This document shows, piece by piece, positions 38,419 to 48,591 of a stretch of 64,000 nt of DNA (its first letter is position 1; the number at the start of each line of letters is the position of its first letter). Location: the NCBI GenBank assembly GCA_003660975.1, contig QMVG01000004.1:23836-87835 (forward strand). The letters run 5' to 3'. Below the pieces are notes generated by a model that worked only from the letters and a program-made list of their open reading frames with translations, was not told where the DNA came from and searched no databases. Made by a program: the position numbers and the translations under genes. This DNA comes from Candidatus Micrarchaeota archaeon. Lineage in GTDB: Archaea > B1Sed10-29 > B47-G15.

Positions 38419-40173
38419 TCACTTCACAGTCACACTCTTGGCCAGGTTTCTGGGCCTGTCGGGGTCTAGGCCTTTGAGGACGGCCAGTTGGTAGGCCAGT
38501 ATCTGGATTGGGATGATTTGGAGGATTGGGCCGAGCTCCTCGCTTTCAGGCGTTTTTATCCAGTAGTCAAAAATATCGTAATTTTTGTGAGAGACTCCGA
38601 TGACATAGGCCCCTCTTGTTTTTACCTCATTTGCGTTTGCTATGATGTCTTTGTCATCCTTGGAAACAAAGACAATAACAGGGCTTCCTTTTTTTATCAG
38701 AGCCAGGGGGCCATGCTTTAGCTCTCCTCCTGCAAAGGCCTCTGCGTGTATGTATGACACCTCCTTGATCTTTAGGGCAGCCTCCAGTGCTGTTGGATAC
38801 TGCAGGGACCTTCCTAGCACGTATATGTGTTCCTCATTTAAGAGGCGTTTGGCTAATGCCCTGAGCCTGTCTCTCATGTTCCTAGACGTCAGGTTGTATA
38901 TATCCATGTAAAGCTTTTTCAATTTTGCCATGCCCTCATCGTATCTTCCAGCGATTGTGTAGGCCAGCATTGCCATTAATGCCACCTGCGACGTGTATGT
39001 CTTGGTTGAGAGCACTGACAGTTCTGGCCCTGCGTTCATGAGAAGAGATTCGTGGCTCTCTCTTGTCAGAGATGAAGCAGCCCTGTTTACTATGCTTATA
39101 ATCTTACTCTGCTTTTCCTTAGCTGCTCTGACTGCCTCCAAAACATCAGCTGTTTCGCCTGACTGTGAGATAGCGATTATCATGCTTTCTTTCTTCAGGA
39201 AGTGCTTGTAATTCTTGAACTCAGAAGCCAAGACAGGGTTAACGTGCATTTTAGCTACTTTTGAAAATAAGTAACTGCCTGTCAAGCATGCGTGGTAGCT
39301 TGAGCCGCAGCCTATCAAGAAAACACCTCTAGCCTCTTTGAGCTGTTTTGCTATCCTCTCAACAAGCTCTCTTTTTTGCTGTATGGCTCTTCTTATTGTG
39401 TCGCTCTGCTCAACAATCTCCTTTAACATGTAGTGCTCAAAGCCATCCTTTTTTATCTGCTCAGCTTTCCACTCAACGCTGTCTATTGGCCTTGAAACAA
39501 AGCCGTCCTTGAGATTGTATATCTTTATCTCTTTTCCTGCCTCAACCACATCGTAGTCATGTAGGTAAATCACCTTTTTGGTCCAGTCAATAAATGAAGG
39601 TATGTCTGATGAAAAGAAAAAGGCATCACTAGAAACCCCAACTACTAAAGGAGAGCCTTTCCTAGCTGCCATGACCTTATTGCTCTTAGCCTCTATTGCT
39701 AACACAGCATAGCTTCCTTTGAGCTTTGATATTGCCTTTATGAAAGCTTTATCAAAAGGCAAATCTTTCATTTCCTCTTCAATTAAGTGAGCTATGACCT
39801 CTGAATCTGTTTCTGATTTGAAGCTATGGCCTTTCAGTTCCTTTTTAAGCTCTTCAAAGTTTTCTATTATGCCATTGTGCACCACTGCTATATTGCCAGA
39901 GCAGTCAAGGTGGGGGTGGGCGTTTACATCGTTTACCTTTCCGTGAGTGGCCCACCTGTTATGAGCTATGCCTATGTTGCCTTCAATGCTTGGGAAATCT
40001 ACCTTTTTATTTATCTCTTCAACCTTGCCAGCCCCTTTCTTGCAGATTATCCTCCCGCTGTCAATTACAGCCATGCCTGCAGAGTCATAGCCCCTGTACT
40101 CAAGGCTCTTTAATCCCTTTAGAAGAATGCCTGACGCACGCTCTGGTCCAATATATCCTATTATGCCGCACAT
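38419..40173 (-). CDS. glmS: Glutamine--fructose-6-phosphate aminotransferase
   Basis: MCGIIG N-terminus, YRGYDSAG, SQSGETAD, GELKHGP, PRNLAKSVTV. Confidence 0.97.
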   Translation of the reverse strand: MCGIIGYIGPERASGILLKGLKSLEYRGYDSAGMAVIDSGRIICKKGAGKVEEINKKVDFPSIEGNIGIAHNRWATHGKVNDVNAHPHLDCSGNIAVVHNGIIENFEELKKELKGHSFKSETDSEVIAHLIEEEMKDLPFDKAFIKAISKLKGSYAVLAIEAKSNKVMAARKGSPLVVGVSSDAFFFSSDIPSFIDWTKKVIYLHDYDVVEAGKEIKIYNLKDGFVSRPIDSVEWKAEQIKKDGFEHYMLKEIVEQSDTIRRAIQQKRELVERIAKQLKEARGVFLIGCGSSYHACLTGSYLFSKVAKMHVNPVLASEFKNYKHFLKKESMIIAISQSGETADVLEAVRAAKEKQSKIISIVNRAASSLTRESHESLLMNAGPELSVLSTKTYTSQVALMAMLAYTIAGRYDEGMAKLKKLYMDIYNLTSRNMRDRLRALAKRLLNEEHIYVLGRSLQYPTALEAALKIKEVSYIHAEAFAGGELKHGPLALIKKGSPVIVFVSKDDKDIIANANEVKTRGAYVIGVSHKNYDIFDYWIKTPESEELGPILQIIPIQILAYQLAVLKGLDPDRPRNLAKSVTVK

Positions 40174-40194
40174 AAGCAAAACTTCCGAAATCCT

Positions 40195-40524
40195 TTATTT
40201 TGTTATGATAGAGTCAGACGTAGATAGGGGAGGAGCTGCTATTATCAGAACCTTCATCCTGCCAACAGCCTTATGCCTTACCCTTGGCGGGATAACAACT
40301 AGATCAGAAGCTTCTACATCTATTTTATTGCCGTCTAAGTATACAGATCCTTTCCCCTCTAATATGTAATAATATTCTTTAGAGTTGTTGTGGTAATGCT
40401 CCTCTGCCTCTTCAATATCAACAATGTCAATGCTTATTCTCTCATCATCCAAAACATCGCGCACTTTACCGCAATGGCCTTCTCTCTGTCTAATTTTTTC
40501 TGTTTTTATCAAAAAGTTTTTCAT
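40195..40524 (-). CDS. Cupin domain protein
   Basis: HYH...EYYYILEGKG...VIPPRVRH. Confidence 0.85.
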   Translation of the reverse strand: MKNFLIKTEKIRQREGHCGKVRDVLDDERISIDIVDIEEAEEHYHNNSKEYYYILEGKGSVYLDGNKIDVEASDLVVIPPRVRHKAVGRMKVLIIAAPPLSTSDSIITK

Positions 40525-40577
40525 TACAGCACCAATTATATTTAGCAATCTTTTTATTTAACCCTTGTGTAAAGATA

Positions 40578-41666
40578 ATGGTTTGCATGGAAAAGGTTTC
40601 TATTATACAAGTTGGTTTCGGAAATGCTGCCAGGATTCACAGGGAAGCCTTCAAGAGACAGGGCATTCCAGTGGAAAATATAATTGTCATCGAAAAAGAC
40701 CCAGCAAAGATTATAGAAGCCAAGAAGCAGGGCTTTAGAGTGTTTAAAAGCCTTAATGAGCTCAACCCAAGGCTTCTTAAGAAAAGCATACTGGATATTT
40801 GTGTCCCCACCGCTGAGCATTACAGCGTTCTGAAAGAAGCTGTTAAATTGGGAGCAAAGAAGATTCTAGTAGAAAAACCTATGGTGTCCCCAGAAGACGT
40901 AAATAAGGTTAGAAAATTATTAAGGGAGTTTGATGGTCGTATTGTTGTAAATGAAAACTACAAATCATCTGTTGTTACAAAAGAAATAAAAAAACAGCTC
41001 AGGGGAAAGCTACCCGAGATTGTTGTTACCGAATTTTCTAAAAACAGAAGGCCTGATATAGAGCGCGGGCGTTTTATAGATAAAAAGTTGGGAGCAGCGG
41101 GTTATGAAGGGCCACACCAGGTCGTTGTTGCTTCTGAGCTTGCTGGCGCACCTATTGAAATTAAAGAGGTTAAATTTGAAGACATGCGATTGTCAGATGG
41201 CACTATATTACCTATGCAGGCCAGCGTTGAAATAGAGTACAGGAGCAAAAGAACGGACAATACAAAGCTTCTGTCCTCCATGGTGGGCGAGATTAAGCAC
41301 CCCACAAAACCATTTAAAGTGATGACTGCCTTAAACGATGTTAAAGACCCAAGACATAGATACAGGATTTTACATGTCAAAGCTGACAAAGGTATAGAGG
41401 TGATAGGCATATACGAGCCAATACCTGGGCAACCAAGGAGCAGGGCAAGCGTGTGGAAATTTGTTAAAGGGATTGCGGAGATCAGAGACAGGAGGCTGAT
41501 AGATGACTCAATGGGGGCCCACCTGCGGGAGTCTATTAAATTCCTGGCAGGGGAGAAGAAGAGAAACCCATATAACCCTGAGAAGGCGCTAAAAAATGTA
41601 GAGCTGCTTTACAGTGCTGTTAAGAAGGCACGTGAGTCAAGGCAGAGAGTCAGAAGGCGCAGGTAA
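40578..41666 (+). CDS. Gfo/Idh/MocA family oxidoreductase
   Basis: VGFGNAARIH, DICVPTAEH, ILVEKP. Confidence 0.8.
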   Translation: MVCMEKVSIIQVGFGNAARIHREAFKRQGIPVENIIVIEKDPAKIIEAKKQGFRVFKSLNELNPRLLKKSILDICVPTAEHYSVLKEAVKLGAKKILVEKPMVSPEDVNKVRKLLREFDGRIVVNENYKSSVVTKEIKKQLRGKLPEIVVTEFSKNRRPDIERGRFIDKKLGAAGYEGPHQVVVASELAGAPIEIKEVKFEDMRLSDGTILPMQASVEIEYRSKRTDNTKLLSSMVGEIKHPTKPFKVMTALNDVKDPRHRYRILHVKADKGIEVIGIYEPIPGQPRSRASVWKFVKGIAEIRDRRLIDDSMGAHLRESIKFLAGEKKRNPYNPEKALKNVELLYSAVKKARESRQRVRRRR

Positions 41667-41963
41667 TCTTTTACATTACTTTTTATAAAGTGCATGCTAT
41701 GATGACAGCCAGACCAGTTGCTTGACTCCTGAGACATTAAAAACAATATAAAAACAATAAAATGAAAGTGTATGGCGACAGTGAGAAATATGGGGGTGGC
41801 CAAGCACCACTGGTGAGACACGTGGATGAGACGAGGCAAGGAGATACCTTAGAAAACATATTTTATGATATGGTATCTGGGAGTTGAACCCATAGTTAAT
41901 AGAAGCAACAGTTAATAGAAGCAACATAGGGTACATTGTGCTGACAGCATAAGCAGGAAATAA

Positions 41964-42587
41964 CTATTCCTTAACTGCGAAGACGTTTATCCAGGTGTGT
42001 TTCTTGTTTTTCTCCTTTTCGACTATGAGCTTTAAAATTCTGAAATCACAAGCTTCAAGCAATTTTTTGATTTCATCTTTAGTGTAGAATGCGAAGAACC
42101 TTGCCTTTCCTTTGTATGCCTTTTTTTCAACCATCTTTTCGCCAGAGCCTTCCATAACAGATAGGTAAAGTAGCCCAGAAGGTTTCAGTACTTTTCTGAA
42201 ACCCCACAAAGTTCTTTTCGCATCTTCTTTTGGGATGTGCAAAAAAGAGGCAGAGGCCCAAATGCCATCAAAAAAATTTTCCGGAAAATTGAGAGCCCTA
42301 ATGTCCATTTGCACAAACCTGGCATTTGGCACATTTTGGGAGGCCACCTTTATGAAATTAGAGGCCAAGTCAATGCCGATTACTTCCAGGCCCTTATCTG
42401 TAAAATATCTTGCGTCCCTTCCTGGCCCACAGCCAGCATCTAAAACTCTCTTGCCCTTTAAATTCCGAACAAAGAAATCCGCAAAATTCTCTATTTTCTC
42501 AAGGTCATCAAAATGCCTTTTGCGATACTCTTCTGCAAATTCCTCATAGGTTTTTATTGTTTTTGTAACCACGTCGTCTGTGTTCAC
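41964..42587 (-). CDS. Class I SAM-dependent methyltransferase
   Basis: VLDAGCGPGRD, FDGIWASASFLH, LKPSG. Confidence 0.9.
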   Translation of the reverse strand: MNTDDVVTKTIKTYEEFAEEYRKRHFDDLEKIENFADFFVRNLKGKRVLDAGCGPGRDARYFTDKGLEVIGIDLASNFIKVASQNVPNARFVQMDIRALNFPENFFDGIWASASFLHIPKEDAKRTLWGFRKVLKPSGLLYLSVMEGSGEKMVEKKAYKGKARFFAFYTKDEIKKLLEACDFRILKLIVEKEKNKKHTWINVFAVKE

Positions 42588-42657
42588 GGACCTCCACCCT
42601 TCAGAGCGTTAATATTGTCTGTAATTCTATTTATATAAAAAAAGCTTTATTTTGCTT

Positions 42658-43635
42658 ATGAAGGTGGAGATACTTTCCATTGTTCTTATTACAATCCTGT
42701 TTTCTGCTTGCATCAGTAACCGCGAGCCATACAGAGAGACAGCCATGGAGCATAAGGCCCCTGAGCTTCAGACAAAGGTTTTCAGGCCGATCTATGATGA
42801 CAGCCAGGCCTGGTGGCCTGATTTGAACATCACATATCCCATGCTTTTGGAGAATCCCAGGTGGTACAGGATGCCGATTCCATACCACTTCGTTGTTCCA
42901 AATGACAGCAAGTTTATTGACAAGGACATGGAGATAGCAAGGTGGGCCATGAGGAAGTGGGAGGAAAGCACAGGTGGCCTGATATCATTTGTGGAGAGCA
43001 ATGACAGCAAAGGACTTTCAATAACCTGGTTTGACGTTCACTCAAAGAATTACGTTATAACTGCCACTGGCGAGGGAGGGCCAAGCAGGTATATCAGCAT
43101 AGGCCCCTATTCTCTGATATTGGAGGGGAAAGCGAGGATAGCCACCCTGAGGTCTTCTTTAAGCAATGGTTTTGGATACACGAACCACACGGCCTTGCAC
43201 GAGCTGGGCCATGCCATAGGTCTAGGCCATGCATCCAGCAGCAGGGATGTAATGTTTCCAAAGTCATATGGTGAGGCACACGAAAGGCAGATGAAAATAA
43301 GCGAAGCTTCTGTTAAAAACCTGACAAAAATTTACTCATTTCCAGCAAAAGCAGAGTTGATGTTTACTGACTACTCTGCGAAGCAGTACGGCCAGAGCGT
43401 TTTCATTGAGGTTGTGATAGGAAACCTCGGCTTGAAGAAGAGCAGTGACTTTGAGCTTGATGTCAAGTTTGGAGAATACCGCGAGATTAAGCACATAGCT
43501 GCCTTAGGCCCAGGAGAATATCAGAAATACGCCTGGCATGGAACTGTGAACTACAATATATCCAAAATAGAGATGAGGATAAAAAGCGAAGACAAGGAGT
43601 ACTCAAAGGAAAATAACATACTGCTACTTACTTGA
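42658..43635 (+). CDS. Matrixin (M10-like metzincin) lipoprotein with CARDB-like C-terminus
   Basis: Lipobox-like LFSAC; HELGHAIGLGH with Met-turn DVMFP. Confidence 0.85.
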   Translation: MKVEILSIVLITILFSACISNREPYRETAMEHKAPELQTKVFRPIYDDSQAWWPDLNITYPMLLENPRWYRMPIPYHFVVPNDSKFIDKDMEIARWAMRKWEESTGGLISFVESNDSKGLSITWFDVHSKNYVITATGEGGPSRYISIGPYSLILEGKARIATLRSSLSNGFGYTNHTALHELGHAIGLGHASSSRDVMFPKSYGEAHERQMKISEASVKNLTKIYSFPAKAELMFTDYSAKQYGQSVFIEVVIGNLGLKKSSDFELDVKFGEYREIKHIAALGPGEYQKYAWHGTVNYNISKIEMRIKSEDKEYSKENNILLLT

Positions 43636-44440
43636 TGCCTAGCTTTTCTGCAAACGTTGGCTTTTTAACCTGATAGAAAATGCCCATGGCTATCTTTGAT
43701 TTCGGGTCTAATGAATAATCCCACTCAGCAGCTATCTTATAAGCTTCCTCAAAGCTCTGCTTATTGTTTCCCTCTACCCAGTACAAGTGCTGCTTAATGA
43801 AATCTCTTGTGTCATGGAAGGTCAGGCAAGGCTGCATTACCTCTACGACAGAAGCGCCCTCGTGCTTTACTGCTTCTTTGAGTATCTCTTTTGTTTTCTG
43901 GATGTCAAGAGCATACGTCCTGGCCACGAAGGTAGCGCCTGATGACAATGCCAACGTCAGAGGGTTTATTGGATTCTCGTAGTTGCCTTGCGGCGTTGTT
44001 TTTCCCTTAAATCCTCTCTCTGTTGTGGGCGTTGCCTGGCCTGTTGTCAAAGCAAAGACCTGGTTGTCGTGGATTACCATGGTCATGTCAGTGTTGTGCC
44101 TGCAAGCGTATATGTAGTGAGACACCCCTTCTGCCAAGGCGTCTCCGTCTCCAGCAAAGACAATTGGCTTCAGCTTTGGGTTCGCTATTCTAAGGCCAAC
44201 ACCAATGGGAATTGCCCTGCCGTGCAGGGAGTAAAAGCCGTTAATGTTTAGGTAATCAAAGATTTTAGCATGACATCCTATGCCAGTGACCTGCACTATG
44301 TTCTTTCTCTCAACAGCCTTTTCATTCACAAGCTCTGCAATGGCCTGCTTGGTGGCTGTCAGGATAGCGAAATTTGTGCAACCAGGACACCAAGTTATTG
44401 GCTCTTTTGTTGAAAGCTCATTAACAGTAAGTTCAGGCAT
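43628..44440 (-). CDS. 2-oxoacid:ferredoxin oxidoreductase beta subunit
   Basis: WCPGC, GIGC, LHGRA, GDGD...DNQ TPP motif. Confidence 0.95.
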   Translation of the reverse strand: MPELTVNELSTKEPITWCPGCTNFAILTATKQAIAELVNEKAVERKNIVQVTGIGCHAKIFDYLNINGFYSLHGRAIPIGVGLRIANPKLKPIVFAGDGDALAEGVSHYIYACRHNTDMTMVIHDNQVFALTTGQATPTTERGFKGKTTPQGNYENPINPLTLALSSGATFVARTYALDIQKTKEILKEAVKHEGASVVEVMQPCLTFHDTRDFIKQHLYWVEGNNKQSFEEAYKIAAEWDYSLDPKSKIAMGIFYQVKKPTFAEKLGIK

Positions 44441-46040
44441 GTTTTACTCCCTCCACAATCTCCTTGGCAGAGAAAGGCCTTGCATCGTATTTCAAAACCT
44501 TCTTCTTTACGATTATCCCTGTTTTCTCAGCTATGATGTCTGCTAGCTGGCCTGTCACATTGTTCTCTACATCTACAATCTCATCTGCCTTCTCCAATAC
44601 TTCCTTAACCACCTTAGACGGGAACGGCGACAGGTATCTTATTTGAAGGTATGAGTATCCATCAAGTTCTCTCAAGGCATCTAATATTGCCCCTTTGGTA
44701 GAGCCCCATCCAACTATGACCTTACTCCCATTTCCATACATCTTTACAGGCTCTAATTGCATTACCTCTTTTTCCAAAGTCTTCATCTTCCTCATTCTCT
44801 TGTCGTTCATCTTGACAGTCATCTCTGGGTCTTCTGTAGTGTTCGAATACTCGTCGTGCTCATAGCTAGTTGCCTTAACCACCACATTGTCATCTTCACC
44901 TGGTATTGCTCTTGGGCTCAAGCCGTCTTCAGTAATTTTGTAGTGAGCGTAATTTTTATCTGCCTTAATGATAAACTTTTCTGGTTTTCTCTTTGGCTTT
45001 ACAAACTCTTCAATAGTGAACTGGCTTTCCGCAACGTGCTTGTCTGTTAGAATGATAGCCAATGTCCTGTATTTGTATGCCAAGTAAAACGCTTCCTGAG
45101 TCAATTCGTATATCTCATCAGGCAGGCCTGGAGCAACAACTATTCTCGGAAATTCTCCATGCCCTATGTTCAGAGCCATCTTCAGGTCAGCCTGAGCTGT
45201 ATACGTAGGCAGGCCAGTTGCAGGCCCTGTTCTCTGGGCCAGGTTTATCACCAGAGGAGTTTCAGATATGCCTGCCAAGGAACAAGCTTCTCCCATGAGC
45301 GCTAAACCACCGCTGCTCGTAGCTGCCATTGCCATCTTACCAGCGTATGAGGCAGCAATAACCCCGTGCACTACTGCTATCTCATTTTCCATCTGCACTG
45401 CCTTCAGCTTTTCATTTTGATGAGCTGCTATGTAATGAAAAACAGGAGTCGCAGGCGTCATTGGATATCCTATGAACCTCTCAAGGCCAGCATCTATGGC
45501 TGCCTTGCCAAGCGTTTGGCTTCCGCTTATTATGAAGGCATTAAGCTCTTTTCCATTGTCTATGCTAAACACGGTTTCAGCAGCATCATAGCCTCTTGAA
45601 GCTATCTCAAGCTGCTTCTCTCCAAGGCTCTCCTTTACTACAGACAGAATTACCTCTTTCTTCATTCCGATTGTCTTTGCAAGCACGCCCACAAAGAAGC
45701 TGTTTTTTGAGATAGGAGGTAAGTTGAGCTCTTTTATTGCCTCGTCTGCCTGGGGATAATCCTTATACAAGATAACTATGCCACCACTTTTCAAATGGCT
45801 CTTGTGCTTTTCAGCTGTCTCATCGTTGAGGGCAAGTATAACATCATATTCCCACTCGTTTGAGAATACTTTTTCCTTTGAGAAGCTTATCACGTTGAAA
45901 TTGTGCCCTCCTCTTATCAGGGATTGGTAATCCCTATAGTTGAAGGAGTAATAACCTATTCTCCTCAAAGCTTCTGTTACTATTTCAGAAGCCTTTTCAA
46001 CGCCTTGGCCTGCTTGGCCTCCAATCAGAATTGATTTCAT
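44433..46040 (-). CDS. 2-oxoacid:ferredoxin oxidoreductase alpha subunit (gamma-alpha fusion)
   Basis: GGQAGQG, IRGGHN, YPMTPAT, QRTGPATGLPT. Confidence 0.95.
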   Translation of the reverse strand: MKSILIGGQAGQGVEKASEIVTEALRRIGYYSFNYRDYQSLIRGGHNFNVISFSKEKVFSNEWEYDVILALNDETAEKHKSHLKSGGIVILYKDYPQADEAIKELNLPPISKNSFFVGVLAKTIGMKKEVILSVVKESLGEKQLEIASRGYDAAETVFSIDNGKELNAFIISGSQTLGKAAIDAGLERFIGYPMTPATPVFHYIAAHQNEKLKAVQMENEIAVVHGVIAASYAGKMAMAATSSGGLALMGEACSLAGISETPLVINLAQRTGPATGLPTYTAQADLKMALNIGHGEFPRIVVAPGLPDEIYELTQEAFYLAYKYRTLAIILTDKHVAESQFTIEEFVKPKRKPEKFIIKADKNYAHYKITEDGLSPRAIPGEDDNVVVKATSYEHDEYSNTTEDPEMTVKMNDKRMRKMKTLEKEVMQLEPVKMYGNGSKVIVGWGSTKGAILDALRELDGYSYLQIRYLSPFPSKVVKEVLEKADEIVDVENNVTGQLADIIAEKTGIIVKKKVLKYDARPFSAKEIVEGVKHA

Positions 46041-46171
46041 ACATATCCTCATTTTAATAGAAGCAATTGAAGGTAATTTAAGTTTTTACACCTTAATAAA
46101 TCTTTCAGAAGCATTTTTGCACCAAAATATTTATATGCTTCAAGTTCATATTCTACTACGACGGTGATCTG

Positions 46172-46987
46172 ATGTCAGTGATTATCGCAGGCCTCATGGT
46201 TCTATCCAGCATACTCATTCTATTGCTCGTTATGTACCGAAAGATGACCCAGCTGACAGTTGAGATGATACCTCAGGCAGAGCCAGAGGCAGAGCTAGAG
46301 GATGAAGAGGAGATCAGAAGGTTAAACGAGTTGATAGCTGAGTACATAAGGCAGAGGAACAGCGAGGAAGCCAAGAAGATTGAGGAAACGATAAAGGCAG
46401 AGGCCGATAAAGAGCTTGAGAAGCTGGGCATCATAGAAAAGCCAAAGAAAAAGGCAGTGGCAGTTGCCACGACTAAGGGGAGTGCCTCAGTGTCTGCGGA
46501 TTCATCGCCCAAGAGAGTAAAAGCAAAAAGCGTTAAGGTCAAGGCTCCCAAGAGAGTGGCAAAGAAGACAAGGAAGAAGAGCAGCGTTAAGAAAGCAAAG
46601 CCTAAAAAAGCAGCGAAAGGCAAGAAATCTGCCAAAAAAGCTGTTAAGAAGAGCAAGGCCAAAAAAGAGTTTCACCTGAGCGATGTTCTGCTTCCCGTGG
46701 ACAAGGCCTTTTACTTTAAGCACCCTGAAACAGGAGTCACCATGTACGCCCGCTCTCTTGACGAGTTCCTTTACGCTCTTCAGAATTTGCCGCAGGAAAG
46801 CTTTGACTTTCACCTGAGGGAGGACCAGAACGATTTTGCTAATTGGCTGAAGCACGTGCTTCACGAACACAAATTAGCAAATGAAATAGAGAAGATAAAG
46901 ATGAAGCACGGTGCTGACAGGGAGAAAATCATAAAAGCAGTGGAGAACAGGGTTTCCCAGATAAGGAAAGTAGACTTCATACACTAA
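46172..46987 (+). CDS. Membrane-anchored protein with Lys/Ala-rich region and DUF5752-like C-terminal domain
   Basis: N-terminal TM; KKAKPKKAAK tract; 'FYF...ARSLDEF...FHL...NDFANWL'. Confidence 0.7.
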   Translation: MSVIIAGLMVLSSILILLLVMYRKMTQLTVEMIPQAEPEAELEDEEEIRRLNELIAEYIRQRNSEEAKKIEETIKAEADKELEKLGIIEKPKKKAVAVATTKGSASVSADSSPKRVKAKSVKVKAPKRVAKKTRKKSSVKKAKPKKAAKGKKSAKKAVKKSKAKKEFHLSDVLLPVDKAFYFKHPETGVTMYARSLDEFLYALQNLPQESFDFHLREDQNDFANWLKHVLHEHKLANEIEKIKMKHGADREKIIKAVENRVSQIRKVDFIH

Positions 46988-47185
46988 TTATATTTTTACA
47001 AAGCCAAATATTACTAAAAATGCTGCAATGCCAACAGCAGCTATGAAATACTTATTGTTGCTGTATGCCTTAGCAATCATCACAATTATCAGCACTGCTG
47101 CCAGGTTCATCAAAATGCCTATGTACTCAAAGCCAGGTATGTGCTTGGCTATAAACCTCTTCACAAACCACTCGCTCAGGCCCAT
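46988..47185 (-). CDS. Small two-TM membrane protein
   Basis: 65-aa hydrophobic ORF filling the gap. Confidence 0.5.
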   Translation of the reverse strand: MGLSEWFVKRFIAKHIPGFEYIGILMNLAAVLIIVMIAKAYSNNKYFIAAVGIAAFLVIFGFVKI

Positions 47186-47278
47186 ATTCTTCTTAGAAAG
47201 AGCTAGTTTTAAAACCTAACGCTTTTAAAAATAAATTTAACAAAAGGAAGCTTGCGCTTCCTTTCTTGGTTTCTGGGC

Positions 47279-47893
47279 CTATGGGAATATTGTTTCGTAT
47301 AGACCTGTGTACGCGCTTGGCGTTGATGTTGGTATTGTCTCTGGTATTCCCTTCTGCGGCACAATGCTTATTGTGAACTGCGTTGATGGTGGCAATCCAT
47401 TTGCAGTTCCCAGCTTGTACCATATCTCTATCGTCTCATCTGCATCCACCGAAGCCCTGTTTGTGTTGGAGTAATCGCTTGGCTTACCTAGGAAAACTGC
47501 AGAGTAGGTCTTTCCTGGCAATGTTGACTGCTTTGCGCTTGTTACTGTGTTTGAAGCAGACATGTTGTAGTATATTCCAGAGACCTGGGTGTTCTTGGCT
47601 GTAAAGCCAAGGAGCGTCTCGTTGAGGTCTATGCTGTCACTTCCAGGAGCCAGTCTTGCTGTTATCCTCAAATACGTTATGTTGGATGGGTTGCTGGCAT
47701 CGTTTGTTTCTCCTGTTATTGACATGATTCTCAGCTTTGATGAGACCTCTGCTGTTGATTCCTTTCCCGTTTGCAGTGCCTGCCCTTCTAGTGAACCGAC
47801 TGTCTGCAGGAGTACCATTGCCGCCACTGCTGCCACTAGTATCATGGCAATGAATATTATCAGTACTCCTATACCGGATATACCTCTCTTCAT
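47279..47893 (-). CDS. flaB: Archaellin
   Basis: Class III signal MKRG|ISGIGVLIIFIAMILVAAVAAMVLLQT; LAPGSDSIDL; GAGGTGA SD. Confidence 0.92.
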   Translation of the reverse strand: MKRGISGIGVLIIFIAMILVAAVAAMVLLQTVGSLEGQALQTGKESTAEVSSKLRIMSITGETNDASNPSNITYLRITARLAPGSDSIDLNETLLGFTAKNTQVSGIYYNMSASNTVTSAKQSTLPGKTYSAVFLGKPSDYSNTNRASVDADETIEIWYKLGTANGLPPSTQFTISIVPQKGIPETIPTSTPSAYTGLYETIFP

Positions 47894-47969
47894 TAAACTT
47901 CACCTCATAAGTATTCCACTAAATAAGCTAATAATGAGCTTTGGATTTATAAATCATTAGGTTTGAAAA

Positions 47970-48302
47970 CTAGAGTTCCTTTAAGTATCCTTTGCTTTTT
48001 AGCCAGCTCACTTCTGCCTCTCTGTACTTCCAAATTATATCTCCTTTTTTTTCAGATTCCACTTCCCAAGGCTTCACGATAACGTAATCATCCAGTCTCA
48101 CCCAGACCCTTTTCATCCTTCCAGGTATCCTGCACATTCTCACTCTCCCGTCCGAGCACTTCACTGACATCCTCTTTCCGCCGTGCAGCGCGTCAACCCT
48201 GCCAAATAGCTCACCGTTCTTTGGCAATCTGACTCTAAACTCCTCTCCCTCGTTTTTAATCATCTTTTTCTGAGTTTTTCTGTGGCTTGAATACTTTCTC
48301 AT
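47970..48302 (-). CDS. eif1a: Translation initiation factor aIF-1A
   Basis: RVRLP...CSDGRVRMCRIPGRMKRVW...KGDIIWKY. Confidence 0.95.
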   Translation of the reverse strand: MRKYSSHRKTQKKMIKNEGEEFRVRLPKNGELFGRVDALHGGKRMSVKCSDGRVRMCRIPGRMKRVWVRLDDYVIVKPWEVESEKKGDIIWKYREAEVSWLKSKGYLKEL

Positions 48303-48311
48303 AATTATCCT

Positions 48312-48587
48312 CTATATCTTTATTATAATAGCATACGGCACGGCTTCAATGCTCTTCGTGGCCTTTACCAATCCTTCCTCAACAGCAATTCTAACTGCCT
48401 CTTTCCCTATGATGTTTATGTTGTCGCTCTCTCTCAGCAATTCCCTGAAGCCTGATTCGTCAACCAATTCTTCCGCATAGAACGACTTCTTAACCTGCAT
48501 ACATAACTCGCCTTCTTCAAAGATTTCATCTAATATGCTCTCGTCACAAGCTGCTAACACTTCACCGTGCTTTTTTACCCATATCAT
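48312..48587 (-). CDS. DUF424 family protein
   Basis: VLAACDESIL...FY...NIIGKEAV. Confidence 0.85.
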   Translation of the reverse strand: MIWVKKHGEVLAACDESILDEIFEEGELCMQVKKSFYAEELVDESGFRELLRESDNINIIGKEAVRIAVEEGLVKATKSIEAVPYAIIIKI

Positions 48588-48591
48588 GATA

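Noticed and set aside
32946-38420. Tn7-like or CRISPR-associated transposon at glmS
   Set aside because: No tnsA/B/C or tniQ, no transposon ends, RuvC residues intact, only 8 bp between cas4 and glmS
32611-38420. Intact integrated element bounded by attL/attR
   Set aside because: All tRNA 3' copies lie left of the cas genes; no copy seen at the right border and no integrase in the window
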